Shown here: piece by piece, positions 51,697 to 61,537 of the stretch
How positions within the stretch are numbered: the first letter of the stretch is position 1
How the letters are laid out: the number at the start of each line of letters is the position of its first letter
Source: Bacteroidales bacterium
GTDB taxonomy: Bacteria; Bacteroidota; Bacteroidia; Bacteroidales; WCHB1-69
Direction: 5' to 3'
Length of the DNA stretch: 64,000 nucleotides
NCBI GenBank assembly: GCA_045132235.1
Contig: JBGURX010000026.1
Span: 18,175-82,174 of the forward strand
Made by a program: the position numbers and the translations under genes
Notes under the pieces: model-generated
The model's database searches: none
The model's input: the letters and a program-made list of their open reading frames with translations, nothing else
What the model was told of the DNA's origin: nothing

Positions 51697-52401
51697 CTAT
51701 CTGAAAGAAATCATCATTTTAACGATGACCAGAAAAGGTAGAATTTCAATCGTGCAAAAGTACAAAAAAAATTCGAAGTAATTGAAGCGGGCTGATTTTA
51801 AATTGAGGGTCCTGAACCAAGCGAAACCGTAGCAGGCGAGGTAGAGGATGCCGTAGAGCAGCAGCCATGAGAGCTGGGCGGTGTAGGCGGCGGCGAGGGC
51901 GAGGGGAAGGAGGGCGAGCGAACAGCAGGTGGTGCAGAAGAAACGGTTCTGCTCGTGGGTGGCGCGGTCGTCGTCGCAGTCGAAGATGAAGGCGAGGAGG
52001 TACAAGTTGGCAGTCTTGAGGAAGTAGAAGGCGGCGGCAACGGCGGCGCAGGCAAGGAAGAGCAGGGGCGGGGAGAAGTGGGCGCTGATGGCAGGCAGGT
52101 AGGCCGACACCAGCAGGTAGAGTGTCATGCCGATCACGAGGAAGTCGTAGAGGAAGAGGAAGGCGTAAATCCACTCGGCGAGGGGCTTGCTCTCGCGCAA
52201 AAGCTGGTTGCGGCTGCGCGGCGAGAAAAGCGCCCGTACAATGTAAGTAAACTTGCGTCGGCCGTTCACAATGATGAGCGTCAGCAACACCAAAATGCCA
52301 CAAAATGCCCATGTGGTCCAGTCGGCCACGCGCCCCATAGCCGGCATGGGCAGCGGCTCAATGTTGAGGGGTGTGTTGTAAAATGCTGACAATAAGCTCA
52401 T
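51697..52401 (-). CDS. DUF4271 membrane protein
   Basis: Multi-TM; C-terminal FFLYFCTIEILP; conserved position upstream of hemD. Confidence 0.8.
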   Translation of the reverse strand: MSLLSAFYNTPLNIEPLPMPAMGRVADWTTWAFCGILVLLTLIIVNGRRKFTYIVRALFSPRSRNQLLRESKPLAEWIYAFLFLYDFLVIGMTLYLLVSAYLPAISAHFSPPLLFLACAAVAAAFYFLKTANLYLLAFIFDCDDDRATHEQNRFFCTTCCSLALLPLALAAAYTAQLSWLLLYGILYLACYGFAWFRTLNLKSARFNYFEFFLYFCTIEILPFLVIVKMMISFR

Positions 52402-52518
52402 TGTGAAAATTGTGCGACCGACTTTTTTGCGCTGCAAAATTACAAGAAAAAATTTTCTCTACAGGCTATGGGCATACGAAAAAATCATGTATTTTTGCAC
52501 GCTCAAAAAAGCACCGAT

Positions 52519-52602
52519 GCCCAGGTGGCGGAATTGGTAGACGCGTCGGTCTCAAAAACCGATGAGGTAACACTCGTGCCGGTTCGATCCCGGCCCCGGG
52601 TA
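52519..52602 (+). tRNA. tRNA-Leu(CAA)
   Basis: GGCGGAATTGGTAGACGC D arm, TCGGT-CTCAAAA-ACCGA anticodon arm, long variable arm, GCCGG-TTCGATC-CCGGC T arm. Confidence 0.95.
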
Positions 52603-52610
52603 CTGGGGGG

Positions 52611-52649
52611 ATCCCGATGATTTGGTTTTCAAATTGTCGGGATTTTTTT
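52611..52649 (+). terminator. intrinsic terminator after tRNA-Leu
   Basis: ATCCCGATGATTTG...CAAATTGTCGGGAT followed by a T tract. Confidence 0.8.
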
Positions 52650-52680
52650 GTATTTTTGCCCCACTTAAAATTCCATAGTG

Positions 52681-54345
52681 ATGAAAAAAATTCTGTTCAT
52701 CGGGATAATGCTGATCCTGACAGGAGCGATCAGCGCCCAAAACGATTCCTACCTCCGTGTGCTGCAGCATGTACCCGACAGCTGCAACTCGGTAAAGATC
52801 CTCTATCTGGATTCTCTCGCCGAACAGTTGGAACTTAAGAAGTTGAACGACAACCACCTGATTGATGCCGTGAGTCAACTCTTGGGTAATAAATCCTTGA
52901 ATGCAGGAATTAATGATTTGATTCACAGTTGGATAGAGAAAGACGACAAAATCGGCGTGGACTTCACTGCTGCTGCTGCACTTGTCAACGACGGTTTACT
53001 GTTCATCCCGCTCAACAATGAAAAGAATTTCGAAAAGGAACTTTTTAAGATTATTGGTAGAAAAATTCCCTGCCAAAACATCAAAAAGAAAGGCATCAAA
53101 ATCTACAACCTGAGAAATACAAGCCTTCTCTGCATGGGCGATTGGGCTCTGCTGGATTTGGATGGTGTGTTTTTTGATGTGCCGCAGGAACAGATTCCCA
53201 ATTTGGTTGCTCCCACCTGTTTTATGGAAAGCCAATACTACAAAACAATGGTGCAAAAAGGCATGACCAGCTGCTCCGTGTCTTTTTACGATGCGCTTTC
53301 CGTAGGCAAGTTAATGGATCAGTTTAGTGTGTTCGGCATGGCAGGATTCATTCCTGTCTATGAGTTCATGAATGATAGGGTCATCTTTGCGAGGACTGAG
53401 ATGGGAAAAGAGAGGATACGCTATGTGCGCGAAATGTACCACAATGATGGCGCGATGACACCGATGACCTACGATGCATCGATCCTCCATCCCGAAAAGC
53501 TGGAGAAGCTGCTTCCTTACGTGACAGAGCATCCGAGGGGGGTGGTGAGCTCCTTCATCAGTAGCAATGTTCCTTCGAAAAGCACTCCTTATATTGATAT
53601 TGCTATGCCTTCCTTTTATTTTCTCTCTACAAGACTTAGTGATCTGGTCGGGTATCAGCCATGGCTGGTGAATTATTGTGAGAATAATAAGTATCTGTTG
53701 GCCAGTATGGTGGAGGATTCTGTGGATTTTCCTCATTTTTTGGAAAATTTCGTTGAAAAGAACAACCGCTACATGGATTCCATTCATCATGTTGAAATCG
53801 AATATGATGGAGAGCCGGAGAGAGTCTCCTTGATAAATTTGGAAGATGGAACGGAGTGGATCAGTCAGGAGTATGGAACGGAATATGACGAGCAGGATGG
53901 AATGAAGCAGCTTGTTCGTGAACGGTATGGCGACTGGGATATGTATCTTATTATTACACAGAAAAAAGAGCTGAAAATGGATGGGGAGCTGTTGGGCGAT
54001 TATTCCATGCGCTGGTCGCTGGAGCGCGATACGGCGTATGTGCTGTTGGAGGGCGACAAGTTCTTTTGCACCGACGATACGACCTGTTTCGAGCAGATCC
54101 GCCACCCGCGGATTCCGGAGTGGCTCCCTGTGGAGCGGATGCTGCACTCACCGGTTTACATGATAAATGATGTTAGGGCTTCAATCAAGGAGGATGTCGC
54201 CTTTTTTCCCGCTGAAAAGTTGGAGATTTATGTGCAGGATAACCGGATTATCTCTGACCTCCATGCCGCTGCCGGTCTGGAGAACAGTATTTGGTATGAA
54301 ATAGTGAAGTGCTTCGCAGACAGGATTCTCAAGATGGGGTTCTGA
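52681..54345 (+). CDS. secreted hypothetical protein (N-terminus DUF4836-like)
   Basis: Signal peptide; YL...VPD.....L.LDSLAE...IGVDF; more AT-rich than its neighbours. Confidence 0.55.
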   Translation: MKKILFIGIMLILTGAISAQNDSYLRVLQHVPDSCNSVKILYLDSLAEQLELKKLNDNHLIDAVSQLLGNKSLNAGINDLIHSWIEKDDKIGVDFTAAAALVNDGLLFIPLNNEKNFEKELFKIIGRKIPCQNIKKKGIKIYNLRNTSLLCMGDWALLDLDGVFFDVPQEQIPNLVAPTCFMESQYYKTMVQKGMTSCSVSFYDALSVGKLMDQFSVFGMAGFIPVYEFMNDRVIFARTEMGKERIRYVREMYHNDGAMTPMTYDASILHPEKLEKLLPYVTEHPRGVVSSFISSNVPSKSTPYIDIAMPSFYFLSTRLSDLVGYQPWLVNYCENNKYLLASMVEDSVDFPHFLENFVEKNNRYMDSIHHVEIEYDGEPERVSLINLEDGTEWISQEYGTEYDEQDGMKQLVRERYGDWDMYLIITQKKELKMDGELLGDYSMRWSLERDTAYVLLEGDKFFCTDDTTCFEQIRHPRIPEWLPVERMLHSPVYMINDVRASIKEDVAFFPAEKLEIYVQDNRIISDLHAAAGLENSIWYEIVKCFADRILKMGF

Positions 54346-54374
54346 GGTCAGAAGGCGGTCGCTACGTTTTTTCT

Positions 54375-57300
54375 TTACTGCTTCGTGAATTTCTTTACGA
54401 CGACGCTGTCGCCGCTGATGATGCGGGCGAAGTAGATTCCGGATTCCCAGTCGCTCACGTTGATTTCCATCTTGTTAACTTCGGCATTGCTGCGGAAGAC
54501 CACGCGGCCGGTGGCGTCGTAAACAGCCGCCTCCTTCATTGTGGCCCCGTTGCCGTCAGCCTGCAAGGTGACGGTGTGCGTGGCCGGATTCGGGAAGAGG
54601 AGGATGCCGCTTGCGTTGTCGTAGTCGCTCACCGCCGTGTTCACCTGAACCGTCGTGCTGGCCGTGCCGGTGCAGCCATGCTCGGTGGTGCCGGTCACGG
54701 AATAGGTGGTGTTGCTGGTGGGTGACACAGTGATGTCAGCCGTGGTTTCTCCCGTGCTCCATTCGTAGCTGTCGGCTCCGCTGGCCGTCAGTGTGGTGTT
54801 GCTGCCGACGGTGATCTGCGTGTTGCCAGTGATGGTGACATCGGGTACGGGATGGATGGTCAGGTGGAGCGTCACCACACTGTCGCAACCTGCTGCATTG
54901 GTGAGGGTTACGGTATGGTCGCCGCTGGTGGTGAAAGTCTGCCCCTCGTAGCTGTACGAGCCGCAAGCCTCGTCGGTGAGCTCGCCCTCGGTGGGCTGCA
55001 GCACCGTCAGGATGAGGGTGACCACACTGTCGCAATGGCAGCTGGTGGTGAAAGTCTGTGTGTAGGTTCCGCTCTCGCTGTAGGTGGAGTCGTTCCACGT
55101 GTAGGGACCGCAGTGGCTCAGCTCGACTACCGGTGCAATCGGCTCGCCGATGTTCACGATGAGGGTTAATGAACTGTCGCAGCCCTCCATTGTGGCGTGC
55201 GGAAAGTAGAACTCGTCGGAAACAGCCTCTTCGTCAAAGGTCACATTCTCAGCTTCGTAGGTGTACGGCAGTTCGGTGCGGCAGAGGTTGAGGGTTTCGG
55301 TGCGCGTATAGACGGGATGGATGGTGAGGTGCAGTGTCACGATGCTGTCGCAGCCGTTGGCAGCGATGAGGGTTTGTGTATAATCTCCAGATTCATCGTA
55401 AATTTCGTCGTTCCATGCATATTCACCGCAGGCCTCGGCGCTGAACTCGAAGGTGGAATGGAATTTTTTGGTCACATTCATGGTGATGACGCTGTCGCAA
55501 CCGCCGCCGAAGGTGATGGTGACGATTTCGGTGCCCTCATCGTCGAAAGTCACGCCGTGCCATGTGAATGGGAAATCGTCTTCGCAGACTGCCGTGTCAA
55601 GCGTCAGCGCCACATCGTCGCAGGCATAGCCGGCAATGCAGATGTTGAATTTCATGTTGTTGCGAGTTCCCGGCACGTAGTAGTCGGGGGTGGAGAGGGT
55701 GGCGGCATTGAGGGCGGTGCTGCTCTCGGTGATGAGGCATTTGCGCCCGGTGGCACTGTGGCACACGAAGCATCCTTGCGAACCGCTGGTGGTCACTGCT
55801 GTGCCTGAGTTGTTGAGCACCGCCACAACGAGACTGGAGGTGCCGTCGTAGAAGAAGGGGTTCTGGAAGGTGATTTCATTCCATGTCATGTTGCCGCTGT
55901 GCAGCTGGATAGGACCGGAATAAACGAGGGTCATCTCATTGACAGGGATATAAGTATATACGAAAGTGTCAATCTGGGCGTGGCCGACATAGATGGAGAT
56001 GTTATTAATGGTTTGATTGGCAAGTTGATAGCTTTGGAAGGAAACGGAGTTGATTTTGGCCGCCGCAGTGATGCCCAACGCATTCAGCTCGCTGCGTGAG
56101 AAAAGCTGCTGGGAATAAGAGTAGAGGTAGCTGCTGCTTGATAAGTCGATGGGGAAGTAGTAGGTTCCGCTGTTGCCTACGGTGCTGGTGACGGTGCGGT
56201 TGTTGTCGTCGTTGCAGCGGATGCGGGTGGAGAAGGAAGCCACCGACGACCAGCCGCTGAGGGTGTCTTCGCCGCACACGGCCTGCACATACACGTCGTA
56301 GGGATGTTCGGCGGTGAGGTTCTCGAAGGTGTATGGCGACTGCACATCCGTGAGGAGCGTGCCGGTGCCGGGGGTGAAGCCGGCAGGACCGTACTCAAGG
56401 TTGTAGCCTATCGGAGTGCCGCCCGAACTCCACGACAGGGTGGCTTCCTCCTCATCAATGTCGCTGATAGTCAGGTTGATGGGGTAGGGGCATTCGGAGC
56501 AGGCGTAGTTGACCGAGAAGAAGCGGCCGGGGGTGGGATTGCCGTCCACATAGTGCAGTGTGTCGTTGTCGGCGTTGCGGATGAGGATGCGGCACACGGC
56601 GTCGTTGCTGCCGGGGTACCATTCAAAGTGCAGGGAGTCCTCGCACACCCCGAAGGTGTAGGTGTTGCTGTGGAGGGTGGGCAGCAGGGTGATGCCCTTG
56701 ATGGCCTTGTCGCCTTGATATACCACCATATAGCCTCCGTTCCAGCCGTTGCCGTTGCTGGTGTTGTTGGACACTTCGATGGTGATGGTGCAGCTTTCGC
56801 CGTCGCACACGGGCTTGTTGGGACGGATGCCGAAGATGGCGGCTTGGTAGGAGGTGTATTCGTGCACGCCGGTGCCGCTCACGGTGAAGAAGCCGTCGCC
56901 GCTGCCACCCCAGCCGAAGTTGAAGTGGAAGTAGTTGGTGTTGTCGTAGCCGTCGCAGAGGAAGGCATGGCCGCCTTCGCTGCTGGATCCGCTGTAGGAG
57001 AGCGGCAATCCTTGGTCGAGGTTGGCTTTCAGTATGTTATTCCACTGGTTGACAGAGTATTGTGAAAGGTATAGTATGCCGTCGCAAGAGTAGTCGAAAT
57101 AGTTGGCGAATGCGTAGGGCAGGTCGCTGGAGAAGGCGCCGCTGCCATTGTAGCCGTACGACATGTCCACGGCCACGCCGCAGTGGTACGAGAGACGGGC
57201 CACCTGTGTGCGCATCAGCGAATGGGTGCCGGCGTCGATGGAGGTGGGCATGAGGTCGTAGAGGTAGATGGTGTTGCCGAAGTCGGCGGAGAGGGTGCCG

Positions 57301-57995
57301 AGGTCCACGGGGTTACTGTCCATTGAAATGGCTTGGTAGCTGTGCGAGCCGTTGCCGCGCACGGGCCATTCCCAGTAGCGGAAGAGCTGGGCGGTGGCGG
57401 TGGCCACGCAGCCGGTGACAGCCTGCACGGTATAGCCGCTGTACTGATACACAGGGCACATGCTGTTATAGTAGGGGTATTGGTTCCATGTAGTCTGGAT
57501 GATGGGATCCACCACCACGGTACGGGTGCTGCGCTGTGGTTGGTCAATGGCAGCCCACTGTGCGGACACCTCGGCAGTGGCCGGGTGCTGCTGGCTGATA
57601 GCGCTGCCGATTTCGTGGCGGTAGCCTTCGAGTATGTCGTGCAGACCGGCGGGCACAGCGTCGGGGTTGAAGGCGCCTTCGGTGGAGTAGGCGAGCACGG
57701 GGAGGGCGCAGTCGTCGGCGGAGACGATCACATAGCCCTCGCTGCCCATGTTCATCACGTAGAAGCAGGTGACCTCCTGTGCGTGGGCATGGCGGGTAGC
57801 TGGCGTGGCCGTGTAGGTGGCCTGATAGGCAATGGCGGGCTGGGTGCCACGGAGCGGCTGCTGCGACACCGAGCTGTAGAAGTTCGCCGCCACGGCTTTG
57901 GCGCGGGCCGTGTCGATGGGGTTGGCGGTTGCGATAGAGAGGGTAGCCGTGAAGCAGAGCATCAGGGCGATAATGGCGTATAGGATTCTTTTCAT
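54375..57995 (-). CDS. C10 (streptopain-like) cysteine protease with Spi-like prodomain, Fn3, repeats and T9SS CTD
   Basis: GYVIVSADD..PVLAYS, W.Q..PYN, TGCVATA (Cys), GGHAF.CDGY (His), GCDS.VTL.LT repeats, LFPNPA...KKFTKQ. Confidence 0.93.
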   Translation of the reverse strand: MKRILYAIIALMLCFTATLSIATANPIDTARAKAVAANFYSSVSQQPLRGTQPAIAYQATYTATPATRHAHAQEVTCFYVMNMGSEGYVIVSADDCALPVLAYSTEGAFNPDAVPAGLHDILEGYRHEIGSAISQQHPATAEVSAQWAAIDQPQRSTRTVVVDPIIQTTWNQYPYYNSMCPVYQYSGYTVQAVTGCVATATAQLFRYWEWPVRGNGSHSYQAISMDSNPVDLGTLSADFGNTIYLYDLMPTSIDAGTHSLMRTQVARLSYHCGVAVDMSYGYNGSGAFSSDLPYAFANYFDYSCDGILYLSQYSVNQWNNILKANLDQGLPLSYSGSSSEGGHAFLCDGYDNTNYFHFNFGWGGSGDGFFTVSGTGVHEYTSYQAAIFGIRPNKPVCDGESCTITIEVSNNTSNGNGWNGGYMVVYQGDKAIKGITLLPTLHSNTYTFGVCEDSLHFEWYPGSNDAVCRILIRNADNDTLHYVDGNPTPGRFFSVNYACSECPYPINLTISDIDEEEATLSWSSGGTPIGYNLEYGPAGFTPGTGTLLTDVQSPYTFENLTAEHPYDVYVQAVCGEDTLSGWSSVASFSTRIRCNDDNNRTVTSTVGNSGTYYFPIDLSSSSYLYSYSQQLFSRSELNALGITAAAKINSVSFQSYQLANQTINNISIYVGHAQIDTFVYTYIPVNEMTLVYSGPIQLHSGNMTWNEITFQNPFFYDGTSSLVVAVLNNSGTAVTTSGSQGCFVCHSATGRKCLITESSTALNAATLSTPDYYVPGTRNNMKFNICIAGYACDDVALTLDTAVCEDDFPFTWHGVTFDDEGTEIVTITFGGGCDSVITMNVTKKFHSTFEFSAEACGEYAWNDEIYDESGDYTQTLIAANGCDSIVTLHLTIHPVYTRTETLNLCRTELPYTYEAENVTFDEEAVSDEFYFPHATMEGCDSSLTLIVNIGEPIAPVVELSHCGPYTWNDSTYSESGTYTQTFTTSCHCDSVVTLILTVLQPTEGELTDEACGSYSYEGQTFTTSGDHTVTLTNAAGCDSVVTLHLTIHPVPDVTITGNTQITVGSNTTLTASGADSYEWSTGETTADITVSPTSNTTYSVTGTTEHGCTGTASTTVQVNTAVSDYDNASGILLFPNPATHTVTLQADGNGATMKEAAVYDATGRVVFRSNAEVNKMEINVSDWESGIYFARIISGDSVVVKKFTKQ

Positions 57996-58189
57996 TACTA
58001 TATTATATTGTAAATATGTCGGGTGCAAAATTACGAAATTTGGCCTGATTTCATGGGGGTGTCTTGCTAATGTTTTTCTGCGAGTTGCTGAATATTTTTT
58101 TTCTTCGTGAAAAAAATATTTTTATTTTCAGTGAATTAATCAAATTATTTTGCTACTTTTGCAAATTATTCAGTGAAACGAAATTTATA

Positions 58190-58252
58190 ATGAAAAAAAT
58201 ATTGTTAGGACTACTGCTCATTGTGCTTTTTATAATTGGATTGTTCAGTTGA
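58190..58252 (+). CDS. 20-aa hydrophobic peptide or truncated signal-peptide gene
   Basis: MKKILLGLLLIVLFIIGLFS* downstream of a TACTTTTG promoter. Confidence 0.35.
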   Translation: MKKILLGLLLIVLFIIGLFS

Positions 58253-58446
58253 AGTTGTTAGTAATTAGTGTTTTGGTTTCATGACGTGGAGGGCTCTTCG
58301 TGGGCCCTCCTGACATGATGGTTCAACCAACTCTTCCGGCGCAGAGTGCGTGTCAAGTGAAAAAATATTTACTATTGTTCCTTTTTTGATTTTTGTTCCC
58401 CATTGTTTCTTCCATTTTATTATTGGTAGAATGAAAGAAAAGTTGT

Positions 58447-58510
58447 ATCTTTGCAACGGCAAAGTCGGGTGGAGGCTTCCATTAGGATTTTGTGGCATAA
58501 CGACCGATAG
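58447..58510 (+). promoter_or_regulatory. upxY promoter and structured leader (ops-like pause site candidate)
   Basis: TATCTTTG followed by GGCAAAGTCGGGTGGAGGCTTCCA...ACCGA with hairpin potential. Confidence 0.55.
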
Positions 58511-58523
58511 GGAATGAAATACA

Positions 58524-59222
58524 ATGACAGAAATTCCTGACGGACAGTGTATTAGTATGAATGCTGGAGCTAAAAGAAATGTTCCGGTCAGTTCCGTTTT
58601 TGCAAATGCCAAAGACGGGAAGTCGGTAGAGTATGCCCCCGCCGCGGCGCCTCTCCATTGGTTCCCCATCCGCGCCACCTACCACCGCGCACAGAAAGTC
58701 TATGACCGGCTGGTGGAACTCAACGACGGCCGCTACGAGCCCTACCTCCCCACACTTTGCAGCATCGAGTGCGCCGACGGCGGCAAAACCGGTCATCCGG
58801 AGCCGCAAGTCCGTACGGAGCCGCTCGACAAAGGACTGCTGTTCGTGCGCGCCTCGCTGCCCGACTACCGCCGGCTGTTGGAGACCGCATCGCAGGTGCC
58901 CGGACTGACACCCTATTACAACCACTTTGCCACCAACGAGTTCGGCCGCAACGAGCTGCTGATCGTTCCCGACCGCCAGATGGAGAGCTTCCGCATCATC
59001 GTCGAGTCACGCAACCATGACATCCTCGTTAACCAGACGCAGGTGCCGTCCCTCATCGAGGGCGACCATGTGGTGGTCACCGGCGGGGCCTTCGCCGGCG
59101 TGGAGGGCATCGTGATGAAATACCGCCACCAGAAACGCGTCTTCGTGCAGCTGCAGGGTGTCGGCACCTACGCCACCGCCTACATCCCCAGCGCCTTCTT
59201 GGAACGGAAAACGGAAAACTGA
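58524..59222 (+). CDS. upxY: UpxY / NusG-family transcription antiterminator
   Basis: HWF.IRATY.R, PL...LLFV, L.VPDRQMESF, KOW GD.VVVTGGAF.GVEG...KRVFV. Confidence 0.88.
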   Translation: MTEIPDGQCISMNAGAKRNVPVSSVFANAKDGKSVEYAPAAAPLHWFPIRATYHRAQKVYDRLVELNDGRYEPYLPTLCSIECADGGKTGHPEPQVRTEPLDKGLLFVRASLPDYRRLLETASQVPGLTPYYNHFATNEFGRNELLIVPDRQMESFRIIVESRNHDILVNQTQVPSLIEGDHVVVTGGAFAGVEGIVMKYRHQKRVFVQLQGVGTYATAYIPSAFLERKTEN

Positions 59223-59258
59223 AAACGGAAAATGTAAAGACGCAGTGCACTGCGTCTC
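59203..59258 (+). repeat. heptamer array + REP (left cassette boundary)
   Basis: AACGGAA AACGGAA AACTGAA AACGGAA AAT then GTAAAGACGCAGTGCACTGCGTCTC. Confidence 0.85.
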
Positions 59259-59268
59259 ATAGAAAATC

Positions 59269-61089
59269 ATGGGCCTTTACATCAACATAGGGAATGACGG
59301 CTTTCGCGCGGCGCGAAACGGTGAGTACATTGACAAGAGCGATTTGATTGAGCTTGTCAATGGTTCGCTGAATTCCGAGCGGCAGTTCATGTGCGTCAGC
59401 CGTGCCCGCCGTTTTGGCAAGTCGATGGCGGCAAAGATGCTGAACGCCTACTACGACCATTCGTGCCAATCCGAAGAGCTGTTCCGTGATTTGAAGATTG
59501 CCAAATGTCCTTCCTTCCCTCAGCATCTGAATAAATATCCTGTGCTGTATGTGGATATGACCAATTTCATCACCCGCTACAGGAATAGTGGTGATATGGT
59601 GCAACATATCCAGTCCGATATTCTGGCGGAGTTGAAAGAGGCCTATCCCAATGTGAAATACGGTACGAACGATGACTTGCTCTCGGCGTTGTATACCATT
59701 GTGCAACAGGCAGAACCGTCCAAGTTCATTATGATTGTGGATGAGTGGGACGCCATTCTGCGCGAACCCAACGCTGAATGTGATGAGGGCGAAAGGTATG
59801 TGGATTTTCTCCGTCTGCTTTTCAAATCGGGCAACTCGTTGTCGGTCTTTGCCGGGGTGTATATGACGGGAATTTTACCCATCAAGAAATACAAAACGCA
59901 GTCGGCGTTGAACAATTTTGAGGAATACACCATGATCTCGCCGGGTGAGATGGCGGCTTGTTTCGGCTTTACGGATGAGGAGGTTTCAGATTTGTGCAGT
60001 CGCCATAAGATTGACAAAGAGCAAATCAAACTATGGTATGACGGCTATCGGATCGGCGGTCAAGCATCAATCTACAATCCTTTGTCTGTGATCCGGGCGA
60101 TTCGCCGTCGGTACTGTGAAAGTTACTGGTCCAATACAGGTACGTACGAAACGGTGTCGCATTACATCAAGATGAATTTCGAGGGGTTGAAGGATGATGT
60201 GATTAAGTTGCTGGCGGGGGAACGCTGTAACGTGAATACCAAGAATTTCCAGAATGACCTGAATGTCATCAACAGCAAGAACGACATTTTTACGGTGCTG
60301 ATTCATTTAGGTTATCTTTCATACGACAGGGATACGAACGAGTGCTCCATCCCCAACAAGGAGATTGGCTTGGAGTTTGAAAATGCGGTGGAGGACACCG
60401 GATGGAATGTTATTTCGGATGCTTTGAAACAATCCGAGCAGTTGCTGCAATGGACGATTGCCGGCGATGCTGAACGGGTGGCCGATGCCATAGACCGCAT
60501 CCATTCCGACAATACCGGCATCTTGCAGTACAATGATGAAAATTCGCTGGCGTGTGTGCTTGCTTTGGCGTATTATGCGGCGAAGAACAAATATGCAATC
60601 ATTCGGGAACTGCCGACAGGCAAAGGTTTTGCGGATTTGGTGTTGGTTCCTCGCCGGGAAGTGGATATGCCTGCTATCGTCCTTGAATTGAAATACAATC
60701 ATTCTTCCAAAACCGCCATTGACCAGATCAAGGACAAACGCTATACCGATTTGCTTATGGACTATGTGGGAGAGGTGGTTTTGGTAGGGGTGAACTATGA
60801 CAAGCGAAGCAAGCGGCACCAGTGTAGCATTGAGAGGGTTGCAAAAGGATCCCAAAGCGTAGGTTGTAATGTCCCTGAAAATGTCCCTGAAAATGTCCCT
60901 GAAAAAAGACAAAGGATGATTATAGAAAAGATTCAATCTGATCCTTTCGTTACCATTCCAAAATTAGCTATGATTTGTTCTGTGAATGAAAAAACCATCA
61001 AAAGGGATATTCAACAACTCAAATCTCTCGGTCTTCTCACCCGCATCGGCCCGGCCAAGGGCGGCTGGTGGAAGGTGGAGAAGAATTGA
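59269..61089 (+). CDS. AAA-ATPase-like protein with PD-(D/E)XK nuclease domain and C-terminal wHTH
   Basis: YIDKS, SRARRFGKS, VDEWD, WYDGY, YNP.SV, GFADLV...LELKY; tail TIKRDI..LK..GLL.RIG..KGGWW. Confidence 0.9.
   Translation: MGLYINIGNDGFRAARNGEYIDKSDLIELVNGSLNSERQFMCVSRARRFGKSMAAKMLNAYYDHSCQSEELFRDLKIAKCPSFPQHLNKYPVLYVDMTNFITRYRNSGDMVQHIQSDILAELKEAYPNVKYGTNDDLLSALYTIVQQAEPSKFIMIVDEWDAILREPNAECDEGERYVDFLRLLFKSGNSLSVFAGVYMTGILPIKKYKTQSALNNFEEYTMISPGEMAACFGFTDEEVSDLCSRHKIDKEQIKLWYDGYRIGGQASIYNPLSVIRAIRRRYCESYWSNTGTYETVSHYIKMNFEGLKDDVIKLLAGERCNVNTKNFQNDLNVINSKNDIFTVLIHLGYLSYDRDTNECSIPNKEIGLEFENAVEDTGWNVISDALKQSEQLLQWTIAGDAERVADAIDRIHSDNTGILQYNDENSLACVLALAYYAAKNKYAIIRELPTGKGFADLVLVPRREVDMPAIVLELKYNHSSKTAIDQIKDKRYTDLLMDYVGEVVLVGVNYDKRSKRHQCSIERVAKGSQSVGCNVPENVPENVPEKRQRMIIEKIQSDPFVTIPKLAMICSVNEKTIKRDIQQLKSLGLLTRIGPAKGGWWKVEKN
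60868..60903 (+). repeat. 12-bp in-frame tandem repeat (NVPE x3)
   Basis: AATGTCCCTGAA x3 in the linker before the HTH. Confidence 0.9.
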
Positions 61090-61171
61090 AAATTGAAAAC
61101 GGAAAATGTAGAGACGCGATTTATCGCGTCTCACGGAGAGACGAACGTAAAGACGTGCTGTAGCGCGTCTC
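61084..61171 (+). repeat. heptamer array + two REPs (right cassette boundary)
   Basis: AATTGAA AATTGAA AACGGAA AAT then GTAGAGACGCGATTTATCGCGTCTC, and GTAAAGACGTGCTGTAGCGCGTCTC. Confidence 0.85.
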
Positions 61172-61172
61172 A

Positions 61173-61298
61173 TTGAAGAACGACGAACTGCGGAAGAAGT
61201 ATGGCTCGACAGCGGCAAAACAATTGGCAGACCTAAAGAAGAAGAAGTTGGTTGAATACCGCGGTGCCAATAAGACCGGTGGATATTATGTGAAATAA
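61173..61298 (+). pseudogene. remnant of a C-terminal winged-HTH tail
   Basis: LKNDELRKKYGSTAAKQLADLKKKKLVEYRGANKTGGYYVK*; begins right after the REP. Confidence 0.65.
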
Positions 61299-61537
61299 CC
61301 TGAACGTATGGCCGATAGGTATTGATTCCCCACCTCAGCCGATGTTATTCGCAACTTCCCCGTTGCGCAGTGAATGATAGCCAAAAATGTTGTATTTTGC
61401 AGAATTTAATTGAGTTATAAAGTGCAATGCTTTTAGATTTTGTTTAACGGACTTCGCAATGTCTGAAAGTATAACGTGAAAATATTAAAAATAGAAGTCG
61501 CCTAAATTATTTTTCTCCTCTTCTTTGTTATTTATTT

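Noticed and set aside
58260-58520. Invertible promoter upstream of upxY
   Set aside because: No inverted-repeat pair encloses the promoter and no invertase is nearby; the short imperfect palindrome lies upstream of the -7 box
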